A stretch of 64,000 bases of DNA, from NCBI GenBank assembly GCA_051313645.2, contig JBNRSN020000007.1:140740001-140804000 (forward strand). The letters run 5' to 3'. Below are positions 23,796 through 35,473 of the stretch, piece after piece. The number at the start of each line of letters is the position of its first letter. Positions within the stretch are counted from its first letter, which is position 1. This DNA is from Centroscyllium fabricii. Taxonomy: Eukaryota. The translations under genes and the position numbers were made by a program. The notes below the pieces were generated by a model, which was given only the letters and a program-made list of their open reading frames with translations, ran no database searches and was not told the origin of the DNA.

Positions 23796-26346
23796 TTATT
23801 GTAGCGGCGCTAACATTGTGGCCATTCTATCATGGAACGCTTTTTGGTTTTCTTGTAGGCTCCTGGCCTTCTCTGCCCACCCTTCGTTTCTATGTTCAGG
23901 TGCAGCATAATTGGGTAGTCGTGTTCTTATTTTATGGCCCATTAAGAGCTCAGCTGGTGACTTGCCACTTGCTAATGGAGCCGCCCTATAGGACATCAAT
24001 GCCAGATAGGGGTCAGTATTACTATATGCGGCTTTTTTCAGCAACCTCTTTACTATCTGTACCCTTTTTTCTGCTTTCCCATTTGCCTGGGGATAGTGCA
24101 GGCTGGAGGTAATGTGTTTGAACTCATATTCTGAGGCCAATGTCCTAAACTCCTGGCTGGCGTAGGGAGGGCCATTGTCAGATACCAGAGTTAGAGGGAT
24201 GCCCTGTCAGGCAAAAATAGATTTTAAATGTGTTATCACACCTCTTGATGTGGTGCTGGACAGCAGAGCCATCTCCAGATAATTGGAGTAATAGTCAATT
24301 ACTAATAAATAGTCTTTTCCTTTGTAATGGAACATATCTGTTCTGACTTTTTCCCATGGCTGGGATGGAAGCTCTGTTGTAATGAGGGGCTCTTTGGACT
24401 GTTTCTAATGGTCCTCTTGACAAGTGGCACACTTGCTAATTAGTTGATCAATCTCAGAATTCATGTTTGGCCAGTATAGTGCCTCTCGTGCCCTCCTTTT
24501 TGATTTTTCCGCACCCAGGTGCCCTTCGTGTATCCTGCCATTCATTTCTTGTCTCATAGAGGTGGGCACCACTATCCTGTTACACTTAAATAATATTCCA
24601 TTTACTACGGATAGTTCCCCTTGTATTTGAAAGTATTGCTTACATGACGCTCTTTTCCAACCTTCTTGCAGGTTTTTCATGACTTTCCTTTGAACCTGGT
24701 CCTTTGCCATTTCTTTTTCTATTACAGCCAACTGTTCTTGTGAGGCTGGCAGTGCTGTGTGGACCATGTCCACATGGAGAGCCACATCTTCCTCTGTTTC
24801 ACTATTTTGTGTGGCGTAAGGCGCAGCCCTGGATAATGCGTTTGCAATATACATTTGTGTCCCAGGCACATACGTTAAATCAAAGTCATAATGCTGAAGT
24901 CTCATCATTAAGCGTTGTATTCTTGGTGACATGTCACACAGATTTCTCTCTATAATCCCTAGCAGTGGCTTGTGGTCTGTTTCAAGGATAAATTTTGGAT
25001 GTCCATAGACGTAGGTATGGAATTTCTCACACCCAAATGCCAAGCCCAGGCATTCTTTCTCAATTTGTGCGTACTGGCATTCTGTAGTCGTCATAGAACG
25101 TGACGCATATGCCACCGGTCACCATTCACCCTCTTCTTCTTGTAAGAGGACAGCCCCATGCCCATTCTTTGAGGCATCTGTCGATACTTTGGTCCTTTCC
25201 TTTGGACAGAAAAACTTCAGTAGGGGTTCACTTGCTAGAATATGTAGCAGCCCCTTCCATTCTCACTCATGCTCGTGTCCTCATTGGAACTCTGTTCCCT
25301 GATGCAGCAGTTTCCGCAGGTGCTCAGTTTTCACAGCTAAATTTGGAATGAATTTTCCTAGATAGTTAACCATGCCCAAGGCCCGCTGTACCCCTTTTTT
25401 GTCAATTGTTTTCTCCATATCATGTATGGCCTTTATTTTTAACTTGTCTGTTTGAACTCCCTCTGTGGAGATCTTGTCTCCTAAGAATGTTATCTCTTTA
25501 ACGCTAAACTGGCATTTGTCTTTGTTTAACTTAAGTCCATACTGCTATATTCTCTGGAGTGTTTTTTCCAGCCTGGTGTCGTGCTCTCTTTGTGTGGAGC
25601 CCCATACTATCAGGTCATCCACATAAACCCGCAACCCCTCCAGGACCTCAATAATTCTCTCCATTGCTCTATGGAATATTTCTGGGGTGGAGCTAATGCC
25701 AAATGGCAGACGCTGATATGAATATCTACCAAACGGGGTGCTAAATGTGCACAGCTTTGCACTCTCTTCATCTAATTTCAGCTGCCAGAAGACATGCGAG
25801 GCATCCATTTTTGAAAAGAATTTCACCTCCGTCATTTCGCTATTTCCTCTCTTTTAGAAATTTGGTAATGTTCTCTTTTTATATTGGCATTAAGGTCCTT
25901 GGGATCCATACAGACCCTTAATTTGTCATTACTTCTTGAGTTGACGCAGACCATCGAATTTACCCAGACTGTTGGTTGCTCAATCTTTTTATAACAGCTA
26001 GTCCTTCCATGCGGTCTAGCTCTTTCCTCAGCTTCTCACGGAGGCCCACTGGCACCGGTGCATGAAAACTGGTTGCGCATCCTCTCTTAGTTTAATGGAG
26101 TACGTGAAGGGTAGCGCTCCAAACCCCTGGAATACTTACGCATATTTCCGTACAATAATCTCTGTGTTCAGTTCAGAATTTTCTCGCGGGTCATTTTGCA
26201 TATCGTTGCTTCCATTTACCGTGTATACTCTTTTAACTAGGCCTAAATCCACACTGGCCTTATCTCCCAGTAGTGACTCATGCCTTTCAGGCACGATGAC
26301 AAAGGTCAGGAAGTGCCTCCAATTTTTTACTCTCAGCATTAATCTG

Positions 26347-27437
26347 TGTGGTAACCGTGTAAATACCATTGTAAATAGTTGATGTTCTCACCTGGTATTG
26401 CATGATAACCCAGGTCAGCCACACCCCTAACTCCTCCCCTCAGGTCGGAGCATATAGGTGAGGGCTGCCATGCCCCCACTCACTCTCGCCTTGAACTCAT
26501 CAGGAGACCAGCTCCATTGTTAGTTAATAAAAGCCTATAGTTTGGGTAACTACTCGTCTTTGCGTTTTAATTGACGATACGTCAATTTTATTAACTAAAT
26601 TTTAAAACATGGAGAGTAACGCAGTGAAACCGGATCGCCTCGACATAAATCCTCAGGCACCCGATGCTGCTAATGACTTCGAACACTGGTTTGGCCTGGT
26701 CGAGGCCTACATGAAGGCCGTAAAGGCTACGAGGGATGAGGACAAACTCCAGGTACTCTCGTCACAGATCAGCGGCCGGGTGTATTCTTTTATCCGCGGC
26801 CTCAGGACTTACGAGGAAGCGGTTAAGAAATTAAAGGACTGCTACATGCGCCCGGCCCACTCGGTCTATGCCAGGCATGTTCTGGCAACCAGAAGACAAC
26901 GACTCGGTGAGTCAACCGAACAGTTCCTACTAGCGCTTCAAGCCCTCGCATGGGCCTGCGACTGCCAGGCAAGGACGGCGGAGGAAGAGGCGAAACTCCT
27001 AATCCGAGATGCCTATGTGGCCGGACTCAGGTCCAGCCAGGCCCGCCAGCGGCTGCTGGAGCAGGACACACTGTTGCTCGAATCCGCAATAACTCTTTCT
27101 AATGCGGTGGACGGAGCGCTTCAAAAGCTGGAGGTTTACGGAGACCATTGCTCACACGGTTCCCCTGACCCCTGGGCGACACAGCGACAGGCCGAGACCC
27201 CCACGATGGCAGCGGCGACTGGGAAGACACCGGCGGGGCACAGATGCTACTTCTGTGGCCAAGGAAAGCACCCGCGGGCGCAGTGCCCCGCGAGGAATGC
27301 GACCTGCGCGCGGTGCGCGAAGAAGGGGCACTACGCGAAGGTGTGCAAGTCCAGCGCAGCCTCCACCTCCAGACCCAACAGCGCGGCTTGTGAGAACAGC
27401 GATGCCACTCCATGGCTCCAGGTACGGTGTTGCAGCG
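26347..27437 (+). mobile_element. Gypsy copy F: 5' LTR (26347-26584) and gag, truncated by fusion to inverted copy G
   Basis: TGTGGTAACC start; gag ATG 26609 with CYFCGQGKH/CARCAKKGH knuckles. Confidence 0.9.
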
Positions 27438-29243
27438 TTTCCACCAGGGGGTCGGTCTTGTGGCCGCGGACATGCTTTCTAAGCAGGACCGGCCCCGGCG
27501 TCATGAGCCACAGTGGGAGTGCTGTCCCTGAAGTCGACTTCCTGGGGAAGGAAAATAACAGGTCGTGAGGTGTAGCATTTGTAGCCGTACACAGCAGAGA
27601 GCGGATGGAGTGGAGCGCATCTGGGAGGACTTCCTGCCAACAGGAAACTGGAAGGCCTCTGGACTTCAGGCCCAGGTTGACCGCCTTCCAGATGATCCCG
27701 TTCTCCCTTTCTACCTGGCCGTTCCCCCGGGGGTTGTAACTGGTCGTTCTGCTTGAGGTAACCCCTTTCTGAAGCAGAAACTGACGCAGTTCGTCGCTCA
27801 TGAACGACGACCCCCGGTCGCTATGGATGTAGCTGGGGAGACTGAAAATGGCGAACAGCGTGGTGAAGTGTTTTATTACCGTTGCGCTCGTCATGTCTGG
27901 GCAGGGGAAGGCGAAAGGGAAGCGGGAGAACTCGTCCACGACCGTGAGAAAGTACGAGTTGCGGTCAGTGGAGGGGAGGGGGCCTTTGAAGTCCACGCTC
28001 AGACGTTCAAAGGGGCGGGTAGCCTTGATGACGTGCGCCGTGTCTGGCCTGTAAAAGTAAAAGTCAGTCTCTCTTTCATCTGACGAAGGCGCAGAAGCTC
28101 CGAAAGCTTGTGATTTAAAATAAAACTGTTGGACTATAATCTGGTGTTGTGTGACTTCTTGCATCTGTAAAATTGGGGTTTGCACTCGGCGCAAACAGGG
28201 CACTCTCTGGTCATAGCCTTGATCTCCGTGATGGAGTAGGGAAGGCTACGGGATTTTACGAAATGGGCGAGTCTGGTGACACCCGGGTGGCAGAGGCGAT
28301 CGTGGAGGGCCTTCAGCCGATCCAGCTGGGCGCTGGTGCACGTTCCCCTGGACAGAGCATCCGGGGGTTCGTTGAGTTTGCCTGGACGGTAAAGAATGTC
28401 ATACTCGTAAGTCGAGAGTTCGATCCGCCACTGCAGGATCTTATCATTCTTGATTTTACCCTTTTGTTTATTATTAAACATAAACGCCACTGACCGTTGG
28501 TCGGTGAGCAGCGTAACACACTTACTGGCCAGGTAATGACGCCAGTAGCGCACGGCCTCCACGATGGCCTGGGCCTCCTTTTCCACTGCCGAGTGGCGAG
28601 TTTCGGATCCCTGTAGGGTCCGGGAGAAAAATGCTACGGGCCTGCCTGCCTGATTCAGGGTGGCGGCAAGGGCGAAGTCCGAAGCGTCACTCTCCACCTG
28701 GAAAGGGATGGACTCATCAACGGCGTGCATGGTCGCCTTGATAATGTCTTCCTTAATCCGGGCGAATGCCGTTTGGGCTTCTGCCGAGAGGGGGAAGACG
28801 TCAGCCTTGAGGAGCAGTCTGGCCCTATCCGCGAACTGGGGAACCCATTGCGCGTAATAGGAAAAAAATCCTAGATATCTCCTCAGGGCTTTGGGGTTGT
28901 GAGGTAGGGGCAGTTCCTGTAGGGGACGCATACGCTGTGGGTCGGGGCCGAGGACCCCGTTTTCCACCACATATCCGATGATGGTGAGCCGATCTGTACT
29001 AAAGACACACTTGTCTTTATTGTACGTGAGATCTAGCCGTTTCGCCGTGTGGAGAAATTTGGCCAGGTTGGCATCGTGGTCCTGCTAGTCATGGCCGCAG
29101 ATGGTCACGTTGTCCAGGTAGGGGAAGGTGGCCTGCAACCCGTTCTGGTCAACCATACGGTCCATCTCCCTTTGGAATACCGACACCCCATTGGTCATGC
29201 CGAAGGGGACCCGGAGGAAGTGGTAGAGCTGACCATTCGCCTC
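27438..29243 (-). mobile_element. Gypsy copy G fragment (RT C-half, RH, integrase)
   Basis: ORFs 28134-28970 and 27331-28203; ends abruptly in the GA tract. Confidence 0.9.
28057..28164 (+). mobile_element. Penelope pseudo-LTR-type short insertion with a minimal hammerhead ribozyme motif
   Basis: TSD CTGTAAAA at 28049-28056 and 28165-28172; TCAT-CTGACGA-A-GGCGC-AGAA-GCTCC-GAAA-GCTT-GTGA. Confidence 0.75.
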
Positions 29244-31512
29244 GGGGGGAGGAGGGTGTAGAGAGGAAGGATGAGGAGAGTGGGAGGAGGTGGAAAGTGA
29301 TGGAGGGGGGAGAGAGTTGGGGAGAGTGCAGGTGGAGGGGGAAAGGGGAGGAGGGAGAGGGGAGGGGGAGGAAAGTGGGAAGGGGGAAGGAAGGGTGGGG
29401 GAGATGGAGGGGAGGAAGGGTAGGGAAGGGAAGGGGAGGAAGAGGGGCAAGGGCAGATGGAGAGGAGGGGGCGATGGGGAGGGGAGAAAGAGAGGGAGGG
29501 AGGAGGGCTGGGAGGGAGGAGGGGAGAGGGACGTGGGGGTGAGATAGAGGGAGAGGGAGAGAAAGAGTGGAAAATGTAGGAGGAGGGGATGGGAGAGAGA
29601 GGGGTTGGGGAGAGGGAGGAGGGGGAGAGGGAGGAGGGGAGGGGGTTCGAGAGGGAGGAGGAGGAGGGAGAGTGAGGAGAGGAGTGGAGGGTGAAGAGAG
29701 AGGGAGGAGGGGGTAGAGAGGAAGGATAGGGACAGAGAGTGGGAGGAGGGGGCAGAGTGGTGGAGGGGGAGAGAGTTGGGGAGAGTGCAGGTGGAGGGGG
29801 TGAGGGGAGAGGGGAGGAGGGAGAGGGGGAGTGGGAAGGGGAGGGCAGAGGGGGGAGAGGAAGAGTAGAAGGGAGGAGAGAGTGGGGGAGAGGGGAGAAG
29901 AGAGGGAGGGGGAGAGAAGAGGGGGTGGAGGAGGGAGGGAGGGGGAGAAGGATGGAGAGGGGGAGAGTAGGAGGAGAGTAGGAGGAGAGGGTGAGTGTGA
30001 GAAGGGGGAGAGGGAGGCAGAGAGGAGGGGGAGAGAGGGGGAAAGGAGAGAGTGGAGGGTAGAGAGAAAGAGGAAGGGAGAGTGGAGGGGAGTGGGAGGG
30101 GGAGTTGGAGTGGGGGGCTAGGGGGAGAGGGAGAATGGAGAGAGGGGGAGAGGGTGAGGGGAGGAGGTGAGTGAGGTGGGCAGAGGAGGAGAGAGGGGAG
30201 GGTGATGGGGAAAGAGGGAAAGGGGAGAGTGGGGTGGGGAGAGAAGTGGTGGGGTAGAGGAGGAGGGAGGGGGAGGGAGGAGGAAGGATGAGGAAGGAGA
30301 ATGGGCAGGGTATGGGGGGATGGTGAGGAAGTAGAGGGGGAAGGTGAAGGAGGGGGATGGGGGAGAGGGAGGGAAAAGGAGGGGGAGAAGCGGAAGGGAG
30401 GAGAGTGGGGAAGGGAGGAGGGGGGAGGAAGGAAGGTGAAGGGGAGGAAAAGGAAGCGGAGGAGGGGAAAGAAGGGGAGTAGGGAGAAGAGGAGGGAAGG
30501 GACGGGGAGGGGAGGGGGGGGAGGGAGAGAGGAGAGGGGAGGGAGGGAAGTGGGGAGGGAAGGGAAGAGGGAAGGTGGGATGATAAGGGGAATGGGGGAA
30601 GAGTGAGGGATGGAGGGGGAGGGGAGAGGGAAGGGAGGGGAAGAGGGGCGGGGGGAGAGAGGGAGGGGAGGGTGGAGGGAGGGTGGAAAGGAAGGGTGGG
30701 GGAATGAAGGGGGAGGGTGAGATGGTGGGGAAGAACGGGGGAGGGAAGGGGAGGAGGAGGGAGGAAGGGGTGGAGGCAAAGGCGGGGAGGGAAGGGGAGG
30801 AAAGGGCAGGGGAGATGGAGGGGAGGGGAGCAGGGCTGGCCTTAGGCCAGTTGAACCTATTTGACCCAATGGGGTCCTGCGCCCACGGGGGCCCCGCACC
30901 CATTACTTGAAAGTCCACACTCAAAACCCTAACACCTTCAAACCAAACCTGTGTCTTATTCTTTTGAGCTGCAAAAAGGGACCAATCAATAATTAGTCCA
31001 GGGCTAGAAATGCAGGCATGGAACAGTTATGCACAACATGACTAATTATAGCAACCTTGAAGGAGATCTGGATCACTTTACTTTCACATTGATGCTAAGG
31101 TATCAGACTGGGCGCTGAAATAACAACAGAAAATGCTGGAAAAACTCAACAGTTCAGGCAACATCCATAAGAGAGAAATAGGAGTCAACGTTTTGGGTAG
31201 TTCCCTTTATCCAGACTGGGCGCTGACTTGAGTTTAGCCAGCGCTGTGTGATGTGTTATTATTTAGGTTCCACCCTGGTCCAAAGTGGGCCCCGCAATTG
31301 CTAAGGCCGGCCCTGAGGGGGAGATGAGGGGAGGGGGAGGAAGCGGAGGGGAGGGGGAGGGGGAGGGAGATGGTGAGAGAGGGAGAAGTGTGGGAGGGGG
31401 AGAGAAGGGGAGGGGGAGAGGAGGAGGAGAGGGGGAGGAAGAGGAGGGGAGGGGGAGGGAGAGGGAGATGGGGAGAGAAGGGGAGGGGGAGAGGGAGAGG
31501 GGGAGGAGGGGG
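29244..31512. repeat. GA-rich polypurine tract, interrupted by a MITE
   Basis: G/A low complexity at 29244-30830 and 31316-31512. Confidence 0.97.
30831..31315. mobile_element. hAT-like MITE (contains a Penelope terminal fragment at ~31115-31215)
   Basis: TIR CAGGGCTGGCCTTAG / CTAAGGCCGGCCCTG; TSD unclear in the GA context. Confidence 0.65.
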
Positions 31513-31539
31513 TAGTTTTAGGACAGTTTATTGTTAAAT

Positions 31540-31929
31540 ATGATGTGGAGGTGTGGGTGTTGGACTGGGGTGGACAAATGCACGAAGTCACACAACACCA
31601 GGTTATAGTCCAACAGTTTTATTTGAAATCACAAGCTTTCGGAGTGTAGCTCCTTCCTCAGGCATTTGAGAGATTCATTTAAACACAGCATATATAGGAG
31701 GGAGAGAGCAGTGTAATCTTTCCAACATCACACCTCAGCAGAGAGACATACAAAGCAAACAAAGGTGTTTTAACATATTTTAACATATCAATCAGGCACC
31801 AGCCTGAGATCAATGCGGGCTGCGCTCTGAAAGCTTGTGATTTCTAATAAAACTGTTGGACTATAACCTGGTGTTGTGTGACTTCTTGCATTTGTCCACC
31901 CCAGTCCAACACCGGCACCTCCACATCAT
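31540..31929. mobile_element. Penelope-type element made of two inverted pseudo-LTRs
   Basis: Inverted arms of about 110 bp (ATGATGTGGAGG...AAGCTTTC / GAAAGCTT...CCTCCACATCAT); TSD TGTTAAAT. Confidence 0.8.
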
Positions 31930-33412
31930 TGTTAAATGGGCCGCCCATATTCTGAAGCCAAAGAAGATAGTGAGCAACTGATAAAGCGACAATCTTTCCA
32001 GACGGGCTAATACATTTCGTAACCAATTACGTAAAAAACAAGTGGATCGTTGTTTTAGGCTTGACGAGAGATCCTGGTTGCAGCTCAAGTTGAAGGCAGA
32101 AAGGGAGGGGAGGTAACCTTACCCAACTGTTGACATCCTGTGTCTGCTCAGTCAGACAGGCTGACTGACAGCTCGGCACCGGTGGACCTGCATCGCTGCA
32201 CCAAGAGCAGAAAAGGCGACAGAGAGGTGCTCACCATACACATTTGGCAGGTTGTGAATTTTAACCGATTCGCGGGGTAATTCATTTCTACTCTTTATTT
32301 TCTCTGCTATATACAGTGTGTTCCGTGAAGCAGAATCGGTGCAATAGTTATCTGAATTGTAAATATGTTGCCTTATATTTTCTATCGATCAAGTTGGGCT
32401 GTAATGAAACATGAAAGCAGTGGATCTGCAGTGTATTGGTATCTGAAATATCTGAAATAGTTAAGTGCATGGGAACTGAATACTACGCCAGCGAGTTAAC
32501 TGATTTATGCATTATAACTGTACCATGCAGATAGATACAATGAATCGTACAGTGTTGATAATAAGTGGGTACACGTTGAATGCAGTAGTTTATCAGCCTA
32601 AAGTATTCCTAACAATTTCTGAAGCCCAATAAACAAATCTTCTTTCGCTTTCCAGTCAAATATTTGCGGCACTGATGTTTAAAGTTAGGTATATATTGAT
32701 CGTCTAATCGAGCTTTTCCAGCGTGTTTAACAAGTACTGCTGGTGCTGTGCCATTTAATGAAGTAATTCAAAATCCAGTAAACCGATTGTTGAGTGATAT
32801 GCAGGGCTGGGGTGGGGGGGGGGGGGGACTATTGCATGTTGCCGTGTAGAAAGGAATTGGCTTCTGGCTGCGTTGATATGCTTTTGGCTGAAAGCTGAGC
32901 TTCTGGATAATCTTAGTATACAGACGTCCCAGATAACGTTTCCTTCAGTTTATACAATGAAACACAACAGCTGGAATCCTCTTCACATCTCTGTATCCAA
33001 AGGTGTGCGAAACAATGCTGGACTACACCCATGAAAGGGCAATTGGTTGTTTAGATTATTTATACTTTTTCTTTCGAATTGTGAATGTCTGTTCTTGTCA
33101 AAGAGCTGACGACTGGCACATCCTTCCGTTGAGCACTGGCAGTCTGTCGGTGTCAGGTTCTCAGCTGGAGCGAAAACAGCTTCTGTCCCAAGCGCACCCG
33201 GATAGTAATCACTGAGTTGCACAGCAGGTCCCCCACAGTGGTTAAACCTCCTCTCCATTTTATACAAGATGTGGAGGTGCCGGTGTTGGACTGGGGTGGA
33301 CAAATGCAAGAAGTCACACAACACCAGGTTATAGTCCAACAGTTTTATTTTAAATCACAAGCTTTCGGAGCGTCTGCCCCTTCCAGGTGAAAGAGAAGCT
33401 GACTTAAAGAAC

Positions 33413-33816
33413 ATAGAAACATAGAAACATAGAAGATAGGAGCAGGAGTAGGCCATTCGGCCCTTCGAGCCTGCTCCGCCATTCAATGAGATCATGGCTG
33501 ATCATCCAAACCCAGCACCCCACCCCTACCCTCTCCCCACATCCCTATCGAGCCTGCACGGACACATATCCCACCCTATCCCCGCAACCCCACACATTCA
33601 CTCCCCCTAACACTAAGGGTTAATTTTTATCCTGGCCAATCAACCTAACCTGCACATCTTTGGACTGTGGGAGGAAACCGAAGCACCCGGAGGAAACCCA
33701 CGCAGACACGGGGAGAATGTGCAAACTCCACACAGATAGTACCCGAGGCTGGATTTGAACTCGGGTCTCCAGTGCTGTGAGGCAGCAGTGCTAACCACTT
33801 TGCCACCGTGCCGCCC
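33413..33816 (-). mobile_element. Full-length HE1-type SINE
   Basis: Head GGGCGGCACGGTGGCAAAGTGG with B box on -; (ATAGAAAC)n tail on +. Confidence 0.92.
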
Positions 33817-33837
33817 GTTCTTTAAGTCAGCTTCTCT

Positions 33838-33876
33838 TTCACCTGACGAAGGGGCAGACGCTCCGAAAGCTTGTGA
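33838..33876 (+). ncRNA. Minimal type I hammerhead ribozyme motif
   Basis: Helix I TCAC/GTGA, core CTGACGA, helix II GGGGC/GCTCC, GAAA, palindromic AAGCTT helix III typical of Penelope minimal hammerheads. Confidence 0.65.
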
Positions 33877-34409
33877 TTTAAAATAAAACTGTTGGACTAT
33901 AACCTAGTGTTGTGTGACTTCTTGCATTTGTCCATTTTATACAATGCTACGTTGAAGCTGTTCAGTGTTCAGACTTGGGATATGCAGAAGATGTTGATTT
34001 TGCTGCGGCTGGGACAGGGCAGGAGGGAGAGTGCGCCGAGCCAAGCTGACGGTGTTTGAGCTGGGAAGTTGGAACCAACAAACTACCAGGTTGAGTAAAG
34101 CTTGCGGTGGCCAGTGTAATGTTTGTGCTGGTGGGTTGTCTCACTTTCCAAATATTTCAAATCAAAATAGATGCAAAATTGGATATTATGGATGCATATC
34201 CCCAAGTCTGAACACAGACAAAATTCAAACTGGCATTGTATAAAATGGAGAGGACAAGTTGAAACTATCAGGGAAAATTCACTTTGATTTTGCAATAAAG
34301 ACCTTAATGATGCTTCACTTCAACTTGAGCAAAAGCAGATTTATATAATGTCCATTTCACATTGCACAATTGTATAAACAATCCTAAATACTATTGTAAT
34401 ACCCACTGA

Positions 34410-34510
34410 AAATGTTATGTTAGAAATATATTTATGTTATGTTAGAAATATATTTATGTTATGTTAGAAATATATTTATGTTATGTTAGAAATATATTTG
34501 TTATGTTATA
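34410..34510. repeat. AT-rich 22-bp minisatellite, about 4.5 copies
   Basis: (ATGTTATGTTAGAAATATATTT)n. Confidence 0.9.
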
Positions 34511-34603
34511 AATCATTAACTTAGACACTGTATTATCATTGCTATAAATCTCTGATTTAAAGTTGCCAATGTCAGGTGCAGCACGAACTTTTAAAAACAC
34601 AAT

Positions 34604-35473
34604 GGGCCAGAATTTCGTCTGTGCAGGTTGGTGCGTGCGCTAGGACCCTGCGGACACCTATCGCACGCACCAACGTCGCACAGAAGTTGCTCCCTGACTT
34701 TCCTCCCCGTTCCTGCGCTGCGTGGCAGTCCAACCACGCTAGGAGCGCAGTTGATGCGCTGCCGTCGTGCGTGGGCATCAGTGATGCCCCGCCCCCAGGT
34801 CACCGATTTACATAAAAAAACGTCCCCAGATCCCCAATTTAAATTAAAAAACTCCCCCGTTTTAGAGTCAGACCTGGTAGAGAGCAGGGATGTGAGGCGC
34901 TGCAGCCACAGACTCGGCGAGGAGCAGCGCGGGCAGAGCAGCTTCTCAGAGGAAGAAACGCAAGGTAAGTCTCTGCCATTTTTTCTCTTAGATTTTTTAC
35001 AATAGCTAGATAGTTAAAAATTTCAGAAATTTAACTTTAAAAATTAGCGATTTGAAACAGGTAAATTAACTTAAAATCGGATTTGTACATTTTTTAAAAG
35101 AACTTTAACTTAAAAATTTAACGCTACCGATCTGGCCACATTACTCCCAAAAACTGTAAAAAATTAAAATTAAAGTTAAAAAATTAACTTACCTGCTTTA
35201 GTAACTAAGTCTTGTCCCTCACGCACGAGTTACTACTGTTTTTCCCGGGTGCAGCTTGTGGGCCAGTTGCCCACAGAATCACTCACCAAAAATCACCCTT
35301 TTGGATTCCAAATTATGGGTGCAACTCACTCCTGCGTTTGATGCTGAGGCCCCTTGTCCCTCAGCATTCGAAATCTCCATTCCGTGGGCATCCCCCGTGT
35401 GTTCATCGCACGGGGCATTTTGGACCCCCTCCGTGCGTGTGCAGCTACTGTGGTCAACATGAAATTCTGGCCC
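34604..35473. mobile_element. Harbinger-like MITE
   Basis: TIR GGGCCAGAATTTC / GAAATTCTGGCCC; 3-bp TSD AAT; related (inverted) to 50667-51351. Confidence 0.75.

Larger units (their letters stand above)
16164..26346 (-). mobile_element. Degraded Mag-like Gypsy pol (copy M), host of copy E, a CR1 and a SINE; flanked by copies D and F
   Basis: RT YVDD (25545-25835), RH YAQIEKECL/TDHKPL and HHCC (24405-25115), integrase YPQANGKAE (23796-24140), C-terminus RRNRRHL/RRSQR (16164-16512). Confidence 0.88.
33268..33930. mobile_element. Inverted pseudo-LTR pair with a SINE at the axis of symmetry
   Basis: Arms 33268-33412 and 33817-33934 are reverse complements; TCCATTTTATACAA is duplicated at 33254-33267 and 33931-33944. 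Confidence 0.82.

Noticed and set aside
26609-27568. 319-aa ORF as a gag with a novel C-terminus
   Set aside because: The tail is the antisense of copy G integrase joined by a deletion at ~27437
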